A stretch of 63,787 nt of DNA, filler included, from Basidiobolus ranarum (lineage: Eukaryota), in assembly GCA_040143965.1 (NCBI GenBank). It is 32 parts of 32 records of this genome, joined end to end, with 100 filler letters (N's around TTAATTAATTAA, not from the genome) between each part and the next. Parts side by side here need not be neighbours in the genome. Positions count along the whole stretch, not along the records: positions 61,898 to 63,787 come from JASJQH010011023.1; 31 more parts are not named here. The stretch is one strand, 5' to 3'. Positions 63,617 through 63,787 of this stretch are shown here, piece after piece (the stretch's first letter is position 1; every line of letters begins with the position of its first letter). The notes under the pieces were generated by a model. That model had not been told where the DNA came from. It saw only the letters and a program-made list of their open reading frames with translations, and ran no database searches. The translations under genes and the position numbers were made by a program.

Positions 63617-63787
63617 TTAGGGGGGATGAAAAGCACCAGATGGTGTAGACTTTATTTAGCTTAAATACTAATCTATACAAAGTGACAATCAAGACATCAA
63701 TCTTTTGAGATATTGTGACAATACTGAATCATATCCATACTTAACTTGATGACCAATGTAATCAAGCTCAGAGGATGTAAATATAGT

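Noticed and set aside
1-63787. Gene cluster or operon formed by neighbouring genes across the window
   Set aside because: Contigs are unlinked and ordered by size, so cross-linker synteny is meaningless

Overview
This window is not a continuous locus. It is 32 unlinked contigs of about 1.9 kb, sorted by decreasing length (about 1904 to 1890 bp) and joined by artificial 100-bp linkers (N44-TTAATTAATTAA-N44). Adjacency across linkers has no biological meaning. The DNA is eukaryotic and fungal, with short 50-70 nt GT-AG introns; an early-diverging fungus is inferred, not proven. About half the contigs are nested, CpG-depleted transposon relics: Ty1/Copia elements (LTRs, PPT, half-tRNA-Met PBS, solo LTRs with 5-bp TSD), Ty3/Gypsy chromovirus elements, CACTA/EnSpm transposase, and a high-copy DNA element with CCCTAAC termini. 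The rest carry partial genes: delta-9 desaturase, PKA-like kinase, F-box protein, amino-acid and sugar transporters, taxilin, HSF-type factor, pirin, Na/K-type P-ATPase, subtilisins and NADP-IDH, plus HSP70 and AAD pseudogenes. The most notable items are (1) a repeated LTR-like element carrying a 73-nt tRNA-like Pol III cassette and sharing its terminus with the resident Copia family, (2) an intron-split ComEC/Rec2-type metallo-beta-lactamase gene of bacterial type, (3) the CCCTA-terminated element with an unrecognised ORF, and (4) a very AT-rich repeat-rich outlier contig.
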